Counted from the stretch's first letter, positions 28,027 to 36,774 are shown. The stretch is 46,823 bases of DNA from Lachnospiraceae bacterium (GCA_051888725.1 JBJFCA010000163.1:1-46823); one strand, 5' to 3'. Notes: generated from the sequence alone by a model not told the origin. Made by a program: numbers and translations.

Positions 28027-29090
28027 TACGCATCCTTCCCGGCCGTTTTCGCAGATTTTTGAAATGGCCCGTAATAGGCTCGAAGCAGGGATTCATCTGC
28101 ATCGAAAAGCACAGCTGCGCATACCTTCGTGCCTTTGATGCAAAGCTGCTGCAGCATCCTCTGTATTCTTTTCCCGTTATGTGCGCCGCTTTTTACTGCA
28201 ATTAACACCTCTGTATTGTCATTTCTGTCTGACATAATTTCCCTGATATCTTTCATGGCAAGCTCCCTGCAGCCGGTTTTTGCGCGCAGTGCGTTTACCA
28301 CCTCTGTCTTCTCATCATCCGCCGCATCATCCACAAATATAATCACAGGCGTCTGTTCCCCGTATACGGCTTCAAAGCTCTCCTTAAGCTCCGGCGCGGA
28401 AAGCGTACCGATCATGGGAAGGCGGTATCTGCAGGCAAACAGCTCCGGCACGTAAACCGAATCATCCACCGTAAGACGGTAAAGCACAAACAGGCCGGAG
28501 AGAAGAAATCCCACAACTGCTCCTAAAACTGCCGTATTTACGGTTCTGTCATCTATAAGCTTTAAGCTTGCCCCGTCCGGTACCGTCAGGGGTCTGGTCC
28601 ACAGAATTCTTTCCTGTGTATCCGCAAAATCATCCACTGCCTGTACAATTGCCCGGGCGATGGCAACACTTTTGGCCGGCTCCGGCGTGGTTACCGTCAC
28701 GGACAGTACCCGCCCGTCCGGCAGCAGCACAGAAGAAATACTGTTTAAATATTCCTCTTTGGTTACCGTTTGCGAAAGCTGCTCCAGCACATCACTCACA
28801 AAATCATCGGAAACCACAAATTCTTTCCAGGCATCCTGGGTAAAACACACCCATCCCAGTGGCTCTTCCTCGCCTCTGTAATACTCCAGATACACGGAAA
28901 GTCCAGCCTCATATTCTTTTTCCGGGGGCAATAATCTGCGGCACAGAAAATATACACCCCCAAAAAGGATGGCGCCGACGATTGTGCCAATGACAATCAC
29001 ATATATTTTTCTGAGAAATCTTAAGCAAAGCAGCTTGCCGTCTATTATTTCCCGGGCATACTCATACGCTGCCGTATCCTGTTCTTTCAT
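28026..29090 (-). CDS. Wzz/CpsC-like polysaccharide co-polymerase with degenerate C-terminal tyrosine-kinase-like remnant
   Basis: Two TMs flanking an extracellular loop, second TM GAVVGFLLS, then LPMIG and VLIAVKSG...VCAAVLF. Start set to MKEQD at 29090. Confidence 0.65.
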   Translation of the reverse strand: MKEQDTAAYEYAREIIDGKLLCLRFLRKIYVIVIGTIVGAILFGGVYFLCRRLLPPEKEYEAGLSVYLEYYRGEEEPLGWVCFTQDAWKEFVVSDDFVSDVLEQLSQTVTKEEYLNSISSVLLPDGRVLSVTVTTPEPAKSVAIARAIVQAVDDFADTQERILWTRPLTVPDGASLKLIDDRTVNTAVLGAVVGFLLSGLFVLYRLTVDDSVYVPELFACRYRLPMIGTLSAPELKESFEAVYGEQTPVIIFVDDAADDEKTEVVNALRAKTGCRELAMKDIREIMSDRNDNTEVLIAVKSGAHNGKRIQRMLQQLCIKGTKVCAAVLFDADESLLRAYYGPFQKSAKTAGKDA

Positions 29091-29113
29091 TCTGATACCC
29101 CTGATCTTTACTA

Positions 29114-30496
29114 TTACTCTTCGCCTTTTTCTTTTTTCAGTGCCGTAATCTGGTTGCTTTCCACACCTTCCGTGCTGTCCGGCCAGAGAAGCACCTTGAC
29201 CGTAAGCAGCATCAGTTTCAGATCCAGCCATACAGAATAGTTTTCGATATAGGTCAGATCCAGCTTCAGCTTATCATAAGGTGTGGTATTGTACTTGCCA
29301 TACACCTGGGCATAGCCGGCCAGTCCCGCTTTTACTTTCATACGGAAGGCAAACTCCGGCATAACCTCCAGATACTGGGCAATGATCTCCGGTCTTTCGG
29401 GTCTGGGACCGATAAAGGACATGTCACCCCGGATAATATTGATTAACTGGGGCAGTTCATCCAGTCTGACCTTTCTGATAAACTTGCCTACCGGTGTGAT
29501 GCGTGAGTCCTGCTTGGAAGCCAGTCTTGCCACACCGTCTTTTTCCGCATCGACTCTCATACTGCGGAATTTTAAGATCTTAAATTCTTTTCCCCCCGTT
29601 GTGCATCTTATCTGTTTGTAAAGCACGGGGCCTCCGTCATAAAGCTTCACGGCAATCGCCGTAAGCAGCATGAATGGGGATGTAATCAGAAACAGAATCA
29701 GTGCACAGACAAGGTCAATACATCTTTTGATAAAACGCTGTTCAATGGTCAGGGCATATTCCCTGGTCAGTAAAATCGGTGTATCAAATAAATGCAGTTC
29801 CTCCGCTCCTTTTAAAATTACATCCGGAATCTTGGGCATACAGTAGGTACGCAGATTCTGCCCATAACAGAATTTCAGCAGCGTATTCCTCTCTTCCATG
29901 GGAATGTCCCACAGAACCACTCCGTCATAATTTTTCAGGGCTTCCCTTTCAATCTCCCGAACGCCCTCTTTAATATGGATACATTTACGAATATCAAATT
30001 TATCTTTTCTTTTTTCAAATTTGGCTCTGATGTCTGCAATAGGCCTGTCCCCATGCACCAGAAGCAGTTTTCTTGGCGGAAACATATGCTTGTACAAAAA
30101 GCCTGCGGACATCGTCCACACAATAATGAATACAATCTGCAGCCCCATCATGACTGCATATTTTTCAAGCGGGAACAAATGCCGGATGAGCAGGGAAAGC
30201 TGGCCATAGGTCACACCATTTACAATCACAAGCGCCAGAATCTGTGAAAAGATGATTTCCGCATTCTTCAGATAGCCGATCCGCATACATCCGTACATAT
30301 GAAAAAAGAAAAACAGCAGGATTCCGTAAATGGCAAGAAGCAGGGCATGACCTTTTCCCCACCATTCCAGGTATACCTTTACCAGTCTGTAGTAATCATG
30401 AAACCAGAAATATGCATAAAGCCCAATCAGTCCCGCCAGACAGATACCGGATAAAAAAAGAACTGCCAGACGTTTCAGAGATTCCATCTTACGCAT
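29114..30496 (-). CDS. Priming polyprenyl-phosphate sugar-1-phosphate transferase (WcaJ/CpsE/WbaP family)
   Basis: Four N-terminal TMs, KRCIDL, KFRSM, DSRITPVGKFIRKVRLDELPQ and GDMSFIGPRPE. Start set to MRKMES at 30496. Confidence 0.93.
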   Translation of the reverse strand: MRKMESLKRLAVLFLSGICLAGLIGLYAYFWFHDYYRLVKVYLEWWGKGHALLLAIYGILLFFFFHMYGCMRIGYLKNAEIIFSQILALVIVNGVTYGQLSLLIRHLFPLEKYAVMMGLQIVFIIVWTMSAGFLYKHMFPPRKLLLVHGDRPIADIRAKFEKRKDKFDIRKCIHIKEGVREIEREALKNYDGVVLWDIPMEERNTLLKFCYGQNLRTYCMPKIPDVILKGAEELHLFDTPILLTREYALTIEQRFIKRCIDLVCALILFLITSPFMLLTAIAVKLYDGGPVLYKQIRCTTGGKEFKILKFRSMRVDAEKDGVARLASKQDSRITPVGKFIRKVRLDELPQLINIIRGDMSFIGPRPERPEIIAQYLEVMPEFAFRMKVKAGLAGYAQVYGKYNTTPYDKLKLDLTYIENYSVWLDLKLMLLTVKVLLWPDSTEGVESNQITALKKEKGEE

Positions 30497-30560
30497 TGTC
30501 TTACCATGCCTTTCCATAGCCTGCAGTCTTGTGCAAAACACAAAGCTGCGTGTACCTTAA

Positions 30561-30589
30561 AGTATAACACTTACAACCGAAAGCCGCAA
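30561..30589 (-). promoter_or_regulatory. Putative sigma-A promoter of the main glycan operon
   Basis: Minus strand TTGCGG-N17-TATACT with extended -10 (TGT-TATACT). Confidence 0.6.
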
Positions 30590-30592
30590 CCT

Positions 30593-31360
30593 TTACACTC
30601 TGCGCCTCACGGCCCGCAATGCCCAGAAAAAGAAATTATACATACTGTACCATAGGGAAAGCTTCTCTTCCTTCCGGTACAGATTCCAGATGCGTCTGCA
30701 CGCTTTCAGCTTATTGGCGGAAAGTGTTCCGCTGCTGCGGCGGTATTTTACCAGATTCTCATTTAATCCGTACGCCGTATATCCCTGCCTTAAAATCCGG
30801 AACCAGAGTGCCGTATCCTCGCTTTTTACAAGGGGCATTGCCAGATTTTCCTTTTGAATCTTCTGTGTGTCAAACATTACCGTAGAGGTAAAAATAGTGG
30901 TATTCTGCAGTGCCTGTCTGTAGGATAACGTCTCCGGTACCTGTACGATCTTTCCCAGGCCTTTTCCGTCTTCATCCGCAAATTCATATCCGGTAAAGCA
31001 GAATGCCGCATTCTTTTCCTTAACAAACGCAAGCTGGTGGGAAAGTTTAAACGGCTCCCAGAGATCATCTGCATCCAGGTATGTAAGATACCTGCCCGTT
31101 GCCTTTGTAAGCCCGTAATTTCTGGCTGCCGCTGCTCCGGTATTGGCAATGGGATAAACATGAATCCGGTCATCCGCATGCTTTGACAGATACTCCTTTA
31201 AATATTCTCCTGTTCCGTCCGTGGAGCCGTCCTCCACCAGAATCAGTTCCCAGTCCGTAAATTCCTGATGTAAGACGCAGGCTATGGTTTCCCCTATAAA
31301 ATCTTTTACATTATAGACCGGAACCACAATACTGACCTCCGGGTTTCTTTTATCTTCCAT
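30593..31360 (-). CDS. GT2 glycosyltransferase (TuaG-like)
   Basis: VSIVVPVYN, EDGSTD, AAAARN, LDADDLW.P.KL..Q, SED.ALW, SANK. Start set to MEDKR at 31360 behind GGAGG. Confidence 0.88.
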   Translation of the reverse strand: MEDKRNPEVSIVVPVYNVKDFIGETIACVLHQEFTDWELILVEDGSTDGTGEYLKEYLSKHADDRIHVYPIANTGAAAARNYGLTKATGRYLTYLDADDLWEPFKLSHQLAFVKEKNAAFCFTGYEFADEDGKGLGKIVQVPETLSYRQALQNTTIFTSTVMFDTQKIQKENLAMPLVKSEDTALWFRILRQGYTAYGLNENLVKYRRSSGTLSANKLKACRRIWNLYRKEEKLSLWYSMYNFFFWALRAVRRRV

Positions 31361-31384
31361 TCCCGCTGCCTCCCTTGACAAATG

Positions 31385-32251
31385 TCATTCTGACCGGTAC
31401 AGCCGGTATATGACATAATGCTCTGTTTCATCAAAATACCGATAGCTGTCCTGTTTGTCCAGTGCCTCACTAAGACTGCCTTTCTGCAGTCTTTCCTTTT
31501 CAAAAATAAGGATGTGAAAATCCCTGGAGGTACATATGCTTAAATAATTCTCCGAAATTTCTATTTCATCCATGCCAATCAGCGTACCATTGACCCAGTC
31601 ATGCATCTCTTTTACATCTGCGGCGTAAGTGTCATAGGTATAGGCATTCAGTTCCTCCTCCCATAAAAATCTTCCGTATGGAAGCAGGATACGCCCGTCG
31701 CAGCTTCTTAAGTAACCGGCAATCTCGTCCGGTGCAAGCACTGTCAACGTTTCTCCCTCCGCAAGCGGCAGCCTGTGAAGCACTTCTTCCGTTTCCGCAG
31801 GAAATACATCCCCGTAATCTGTCCGCTGTGTCTTTTCTTCTGCCAATTTCATGGTACCGCACAAAAAAAGCAGTACCATCATCATAAATATGCAGATGAC
31901 CTCCGCCAGACTGCGTTTTCCGGATTCTGTCATCTTTTTAAGAACCGGAATATCATTCAGGCAGACCGGCAGGGTAATCGTCAGCATATAAGCAATCAGC
32001 AGCGTCACCGGCAAAAGCAGCCACAAATCGGCATAGCCGTAATATGCTGTCTGATACAGCAGAAGCAGTTTTGCCGTAAACGGGCACAATAACAGCAGAA
32101 GCAATACCGCAGAATACCACTTCAGCTCCCTGATTTCACTTTTTTTATAAAACAACAGTATAAAAACCGTAATCAGAAACAGCACAAGAAACTGGCCGCT
32201 GCCCTTCATTAAACCAAAGCCGTCCCACATGGACTGAAGAAGGTTTCTCAT
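31385..32251 (-). CDS. Membrane protein of unknown function (4 TMs plus soluble C-terminal domain)
   Basis: 288 aa. ATGA-coupled to the upstream membrane protein. Confidence 0.75.
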   Translation of the reverse strand: MRNLLQSMWDGFGLMKGSGQFLVLFLITVFILLFYKKSEIRELKWYSAVLLLLLLCPFTAKLLLLYQTAYYGYADLWLLLPVTLLIAYMLTITLPVCLNDIPVLKKMTESGKRSLAEVICIFMMMVLLFLCGTMKLAEEKTQRTDYGDVFPAETEEVLHRLPLAEGETLTVLAPDEIAGYLRSCDGRILLPYGRFLWEEELNAYTYDTYAADVKEMHDWVNGTLIGMDEIEISENYLSICTSRDFHILIFEKERLQKGSLSEALDKQDSYRYFDETEHYVIYRLYRSE

Positions 32252-33165
32252 ACACCCGGTGCCCCCTTCTTAAATTTTTGCATCAGTCTCTGACGATATT
32301 TCTGACCAAAGAAACGGATGAGGGTCACAATGGCAGCCATAAGCAGCACATATCCCGCTCCGTAAAGTGTCCAGACCATACAGGCCTCCGCCAGTATGCA
32401 GAGTACCACGCCACGATATCTTTTCTTCATCAGGCAAAGCAGCGCATAAGGCAGGAGAATACAGGCCCGTATTGTCTCGCCCCGCCAGCCGCCAAACAGT
32501 AAAAGAGAACTGTCTGTTGCACTTCCATAGCAGCCAAACTGAAAAACAAATGCGGTAAACAAAAGAAAGATCATCTGATTTTTAAAATTTTTCGGGAACA
32601 GAAATCTTGCCCAGAGTCCATAAACGATATATGCAAAAATAAGGGTAAACATAGGAATCACCCGGTATATCAGGTACGCAGATGAGCAGGATGTGAGCCG
32701 GGATAAAAGGGTATAAAGAAACGGCAGCCCGAGAATCTTCTGCCGAAGCGGCATACCGGATGTAAAGGGCATACCGGTCATGGGATTCACGGTATAAACA
32801 GCGTCTTCCCACAAAAACGTCTGTACTGTCTCCCCGGTAATATCTCCGGTAGTAAGCGGTGCATGCATAAAACAGTTAAAAATAATCTGCAGTGTAACAA
32901 GAAACAGAAAAGCAAGCACATAGCCCGGATACTTGCGGATGCCGCTCAACACCTCTGACTTGCTGCCGTCCTCATTTTTTTGCCGTCTTTTCCTGAAATC
33001 AGACACGAAAAAAAACACCAACGCCGCAATCCATAACGGTATTGCTGCTTTGGCACACAAGGATACGGAAAGCCCGCCGAAAAGAGCCGCAAGATGAAGC
33101 ACTTGTGCAATTCCAAATAAAATTATACTTCTTTCAATCAGTTTTTCACCCAGTATATCCTGCAT
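32248..33165 (-). CDS. Polytopic membrane protein, DUF6077-like
   Basis: ~305 aa, hydrophobic. Y..NP.TG and W.GE...A..LLP motifs recalled from DUF6077 proteins. Start set to MQDIL at 33165 behind GAGGT. Confidence 0.6.
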   Translation of the reverse strand: MQDILGEKLIERSIILFGIAQVLHLAALFGGLSVSLCAKAAIPLWIAALVFFFVSDFRKRRQKNEDGSKSEVLSGIRKYPGYVLAFLFLVTLQIIFNCFMHAPLTTGDITGETVQTFLWEDAVYTVNPMTGMPFTSGMPLRQKILGLPFLYTLLSRLTSCSSAYLIYRVIPMFTLIFAYIVYGLWARFLFPKNFKNQMIFLLFTAFVFQFGCYGSATDSSLLLFGGWRGETIRACILLPYALLCLMKKRYRGVVLCILAEACMVWTLYGAGYVLLMAAIVTLIRFFGQKYRQRLMQKFKKGAPGV

Positions 33166-33202
33166 AATTACCTCATATCTGAAAGCTATTATTGACAGTA
33201 CC

Positions 33203-33231
33203 ATCTTACCATACTCCCCAAATGAGTACAA
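33203..33231 (-). promoter_or_regulatory. Putative sigma-A promoter for the DUF6077-like / membrane protein / TuaG-like genes
   Basis: Minus strand TTGTAC-N17-TAAGAT with extended -10 (TGG-TAAGAT). Confidence 0.55.
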
Positions 33232-33266
33232 GAAAGAAAAAAGCAGGGCACTAAACCCTGCTTTTC
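33232..33266 (-). terminator. Rho-independent terminator after the Spo0A-C-domain gene
   Basis: Minus strand AAAAGCAGGG-tttagtg-CCCTGCTTTT followed by TTCTTTC, directly after the stop codon. Confidence 0.85.
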
Positions 33267-33644
33267 TTACATCGCTTTGATATCCAGACGCACTTTATCC
33301 GCAATGCGGGCAATATATTCGCTGTTGGTCGGTCTGCTTTTACCCTCTTTTGCCGAATATCCGAACAGTTTTGTAAAGGTCTGTGCATTTCCTCTCTCCC
33401 AGGAAACCTCAATGGCATTCCGAATAGCCCGTTCTACCTTTTCTCCCGTTGTCTGGAATCTTTTGGCAATCACGGGATACATCAGTTTGGTTACGCTGGA
33501 AACCACCTCCACATCTCTTCCCGTCATCATAATGGCATCACGCAAATAATAATACCCTTTTAAATGAGCCGGGACCCCGATATCCAGCATCACTTCCGTG
33601 ATATAGGTCTCCAATTCAATATCATCAATTACACTAATATCCAT
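33267..33644 (-). CDS. Stand-alone Spo0A C-terminal (DNA-binding) domain protein, no receiver domain
   Basis: IGVPAHLKGYYYLRDAI, TKLMYP.IAK, VERAIRNAIEVSWERG, PTNSEYIARIADKVRL. Only ~125 aa. Start set to MDISV at 33644 behind AAGGGGG. Confidence 0.9.
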   Translation of the reverse strand: MDISVIDDIELETYITEVMLDIGVPAHLKGYYYLRDAIMMTGRDVEVVSSVTKLMYPVIAKRFQTTGEKVERAIRNAIEVSWERGNAQTFTKLFGYSAKEGKSRPTNSEYIARIADKVRLDIKAM

Positions 33645-33742
33645 ATTTTGTTTTCCCCCTTTTACAGTCAAACCCGGGTCAGTTTATACAATAACAATAG
33701 TATGTTATCATGGAGACTCGAATTTGAAAAGCAAAACTAATT

Positions 33743-33764
33743 TTTCTTAACACTTTCTTAACAC
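33743..33764. promoter_or_regulatory. Perfect 11-bp tandem repeat, candidate OmpR/PhoB-family (WalR- or PhoP-like) operator
   Basis: TTTCTTAACAC x2. Reads TGTTAA-gaaag-TGTTAA on the minus strand, ~100 nt upstream of the Spo0A-C gene. Confidence 0.55.
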
Positions 33765-33768
33765 TGTA

Positions 33769-34698
33769 TCACAATTCCTCTTTTAACAAATAGATCGGTC
33801 TTTTCTTCACCTCCATATATGTTTTGGCAAGATACTGTCCCACAATACCGAGGCAGAAAAGCTGTACGCCGCTGATCAGGGAAATAATGCAGACTAACGA
33901 CGGCCAACCCGATACCGGATCCCCGAAAATCAGTGTCCGGATTACAATAAAAATAATCAGGATAAAAGCTAACAGACAGAACAGTACTCCCATGAAAGAA
34001 GCAATGGACAACGGTACTGTGGAGAATGCGGTAATCCCATCAATGGAATACAGAAGCAGTTTCCAGAAATTCCATTTGGTTTCCCCCTTAAGGCGTTCCA
34101 CATTTTCAAACTCGATCCATTTGGTACGGAATCCCACCCATCCGTAAATGCCTTTTGTAAAGCGGTTATACTCCTGCATCTCTAAGATGGCATTTACCAT
34201 CTGCCGTTTCATCAGCCGGTAGTCTCTTGCGCCATCCATCATCTCTGTCTTGGAGATATGCTTCATCATGCGATAAAACATACGGGCAAAAAATGACCGG
34301 ATCGGAGGCTCCCCTTTCCTTGTCACCCTTCTTGTTGCCACAGAGTCATACCCTTCTTCAAGATAAGCAAACATCTCCGGCAAAAGAGAAGGCGGATCCT
34401 GCAAATCTGCGTCCATGATAACTACATAATCTCCCCTGGATTTTTCCAGTCCGGCATACATGGCAGCCTCTTTTCCAAAGTTTCTGGAAAAGGAAAGAAG
34501 TCTCACCCGGCTGTCCTTTTCATGCAGCTTTCTGACCTCCGCAGCCGTGTGGTCCGTGGAGCCGTCATCCACATATAAAATTTCAAATTCTATTTCTTTT
34601 TCCTTTAAGAAACCTGTGCTTTTACAAAACTCCTCATAAAAATAAGGCACGTTTTCTTCTTCGTTAAAGCAGGGGACAATTACACTTAAAAGTTCCAT
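33769..34698 (-). CDS. GT2 undecaprenyl-phosphate glycosyltransferase (GtrB/YkcC/CsbB-like)
   Basis: SVIVPCFNEEEN, SFSRNFGKEAA, MDADLQDPP, DYRLM, two C-terminal TMs, EVKKRPIY. Start set to MELLS at 34698. Confidence 0.92.
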   Translation of the reverse strand: MELLSVIVPCFNEEENVPYFYEEFCKSTGFLKEKEIEFEILYVDDGSTDHTAAEVRKLHEKDSRVRLLSFSRNFGKEAAMYAGLEKSRGDYVVIMDADLQDPPSLLPEMFAYLEEGYDSVATRRVTRKGEPPIRSFFARMFYRMMKHISKTEMMDGARDYRLMKRQMVNAILEMQEYNRFTKGIYGWVGFRTKWIEFENVERLKGETKWNFWKLLLYSIDGITAFSTVPLSIASFMGVLFCLLAFILIIFIVIRTLIFGDPVSGWPSLVCIISLISGVQLFCLGIVGQYLAKTYMEVKKRPIYLLKEEL

Positions 34699-34754
34699 TC
34701 TCTTCACTCTTTTCTGCATCTGCAGTCAGTTTTGCTGTTTTCGTTTCCTTCATT

Positions 34755-34783
34755 AGAATAGCAGATTATGAAGCACATGTCCA
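34755..34783 (-). promoter_or_regulatory. Putative sigma-A promoter of the GtrB-like gene
   Basis: Minus strand TGGACA-N17-TATTCT with TGC extension. Confidence 0.5.
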
Positions 34784-34896
34784 CAAAGCGTTTCAAATTC
34801 CTTTTTTACTTTCCAAAAAAGTTTGCCTATTGTATAATGATTTTAAATCTTCATTTTTTATTAAGGTTTTCCGTCCCTTTGGAAGCCCGTCACCAC

Positions 34897-34925
34897 TTGA
34901 ATATCGTTTTCTGTGGTGATATAAT
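34897..34925 (+). promoter_or_regulatory. Putative sigma-A promoter of the DUF212 / DUF3048 genes
   Basis: TTGAAT-N17-TATAAT with extended -10 (TGA-TATAAT), 23 nt before the ATG. Confidence 0.75.
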
Positions 34926-34948
34926 TGATGAGTTGAAAGAGGTATTTC

Positions 34949-35407
34949 ATGAATTTTTTCACGGATTTAACACAGAACAAAGTATTACTCAGTGCGGTCA
35001 CCGGGTGGCTTGTGGCACAGATTTTAAAAACAATCATACATCTATTGTTTACGAAAAAATTTGTAGCGGAAAGACTGGTCGGAAGCGGGGGAATGCCCAG
35101 CTCCCATTCCGCTACCGTATGTGCACTGGCAACAGCTACCTGTTATTTTTACGGTGCACAGAGCTTTGAGTTTGCAATAGCCGTTATCATGGCGATCATC
35201 GTCATGTATGACGCCATGGGAGTGAGGCGTGAAACCGGTATACAGGCCAGGGTGCTGAATGAAATGATGCAGCTGTTTGCCGACATGGGAAGTGACATGC
35301 CCCCTCAGGAAAAGCTGAAAGAATTTGTAGGGCATACACCGCTTCAGGTGGTAATGGGTGCCCTGCTTGGGATTATCGTTGCTTTATTCTACTGTGTCCT
35401 GCTGTAA
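34949..35407 (+). CDS. Divergent PAP2-family (DUF212/YuiD-like) membrane protein
   Basis: AQ..K, GSGGMPSSHSA, VMYDAMGVRR..G.QA..LN, LKE.VGHTP.QV..G. Confidence 0.92.
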   Translation: MNFFTDLTQNKVLLSAVTGWLVAQILKTIIHLLFTKKFVAERLVGSGGMPSSHSATVCALATATCYFYGAQSFEFAIAVIMAIIVMYDAMGVRRETGIQARVLNEMMQLFADMGSDMPPQEKLKEFVGHTPLQVVMGALLGIIVALFYCVLL

Positions 35408-35476
35408 TTTCCGTTTTTTGTTATTGTTTTACCTTTTTTCATATGATTAGGTTAAAAACGAAAGAGAGGATTTTTT

Positions 35477-36649
35477 ATGAAGAAGAGGAGTATACTCTTA
35501 TTATTATCCCTGACCGTCCTGCTGAGTTTCACGGGATGCGGCAAGGATGATAACGAGCAGCCCTTAAAGCCCAGCGATCTTGCTGAAACAATCGAGGATC
35601 ATACCGAAACGGACACCTCTGCTCCGGAGACCACAGAGGAATCCAAAGAAGCTGACAGTGAAGTTCCTCCCGCAGAAGGCATGGTACGCAGCGATGTGAC
35701 AAATGAATGGATTGATGAGGAAATTGCTGCCTCCCGTCCCATTGCCGTAATGTACCCTACAGACCGTAACTCACAGCCGCAGTACGGAATTGGTTCTGCC
35801 GGTGTCCTGTACGAATGCATGGAAGAGGGCGAAATGTCCCGTCAGATGGGTATTATCGAAGACTGGAAAAATATGGAGCTTATCGGTAACATCAGAAGCT
35901 GCCGTGATTATTATGCTTACTGGAGCATGGAATGGGACGCTTTTCTGATCCATTGGGGCGGACCTTTCTATCTGGTAGACGTTGTAAAACGAGATGACGT
36001 ACACAATCTTTCCGCATGTACCATCGGTGCCGGTGATGTTGTCGCTCCGGCAACCGGAAGCAGTGCCTTTTACCGTTATCCTAAAGGATCTGCTCCTTCC
36101 ATCCATAACGGTTTCACGGACGGTCCAAAGCTTTATTCTACCATTGAAAGCTTAGGTTATCCTTTTGAGCACAGAGAGCAGTACTATGAACCGGAACATT
36201 TCAATTTTGCTTCTTATGCCGAACCCAATACATTGGAAAATGCAAGTGGTTCCTTTGAAGCAACGGAAATTGATCTGTCCAAGATCTTTACCACTACCAA
36301 GAGTTCCTTCTCCTACGACGAAGAAACAGGCACGTATAAGAAATATCTTTACGGTTCACCCCAGATTGATGAGCTGACCGGTGAACAGCTTACCTTTGAA
36401 AATGTTATTATCCAGGATACTTACTGGGAATATCGTCCCGATCACAAATATCTGGTATTCCAGGTACATGACAGCGGACGTTCCGGATACTATTTCACCA
36501 AGGGACGCGGTATTAAAATTACCTGGTCCAAAAAGGATGACTACTCTCCTACCAAATACTACGATATGAACGGCAATGAAATTGAAATCAACACCGGACA
36601 CACTTATATCGGTATTGCACAGGCCGGACGTGAACCGATCTATAAATAA
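35477..36649 (+). CDS. DUF3048 (YerB-like) lipoprotein
   Basis: Signal peptide with FTGC lipobox and acidic linker. RPIAVM, PQYGI..A..LYE...EG..SR, GNIRSCR.Y and HWGG. Confidence 0.82.
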   Translation: MKKRSILLLLSLTVLLSFTGCGKDDNEQPLKPSDLAETIEDHTETDTSAPETTEESKEADSEVPPAEGMVRSDVTNEWIDEEIAASRPIAVMYPTDRNSQPQYGIGSAGVLYECMEEGEMSRQMGIIEDWKNMELIGNIRSCRDYYAYWSMEWDAFLIHWGGPFYLVDVVKRDDVHNLSACTIGAGDVVAPATGSSAFYRYPKGSAPSIHNGFTDGPKLYSTIESLGYPFEHREQYYEPEHFNFASYAEPNTLENASGSFEATEIDLSKIFTTTKSSFSYDEETGTYKKYLYGSPQIDELTGEQLTFENVIIQDTYWEYRPDHKYLVFQVHDSGRSGYYFTKGRGIKITWSKKDDYSPTKYYDMNGNEIEINTGHTYIGIAQAGREPIYK

Positions 36650-36679
36650 GCAACAGAACGTATAAAAAGCGAATGATGC

Positions 36680-36727
36680 AAAAAGAGCTGCTTTTGAAAT
36701 GATATCATATCAAAAGCAGCTCTTTTT
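36680..36727. terminator. Bidirectional rho-independent terminator between the convergent DUF3048 and HPr genes
   Basis: AAAAAGAGCTGCTTTTGA...TCAAAAGCAGCTCTTTTT, an 18-bp inverted repeat with a T-tract on each strand. Confidence 0.88.
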
Positions 36728-36774
36728 ATGTACAATCTGAATTTATACAGTTTCCTGTTTCTGTTTCGTGTTTG

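Noticed and set aside
28026-29231. Long apparent gene overlaps in the ORF track (also 10543-11625, 17151-17954, 17867-19108, 38495-39850)
   Set aside because: Artefacts of choosing the most upstream start. Downstream starts, most with a clear RBS, remove or shorten the overlaps.
33267-33671. spo0A proper, or a spo0A pseudogene
   Set aside because: No receiver-domain remnant upstream and not in the spoIVB-spo0A context. It has an intact RBS, ORF and terminator.
33698-33704. CATACTA (sigma-G/E-like -10) on the minus strand upstream of the mini-Spo0A
   Set aside because: No convincing matching -35 at the right spacing, so it is too weak to call.
34768-35169. 133-aa plus-strand ORF overlapping the DUF212 gene
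   Set aside because: It spans the divergent promoter region, overlaps a well-supported gene in another frame, and has no motifs.
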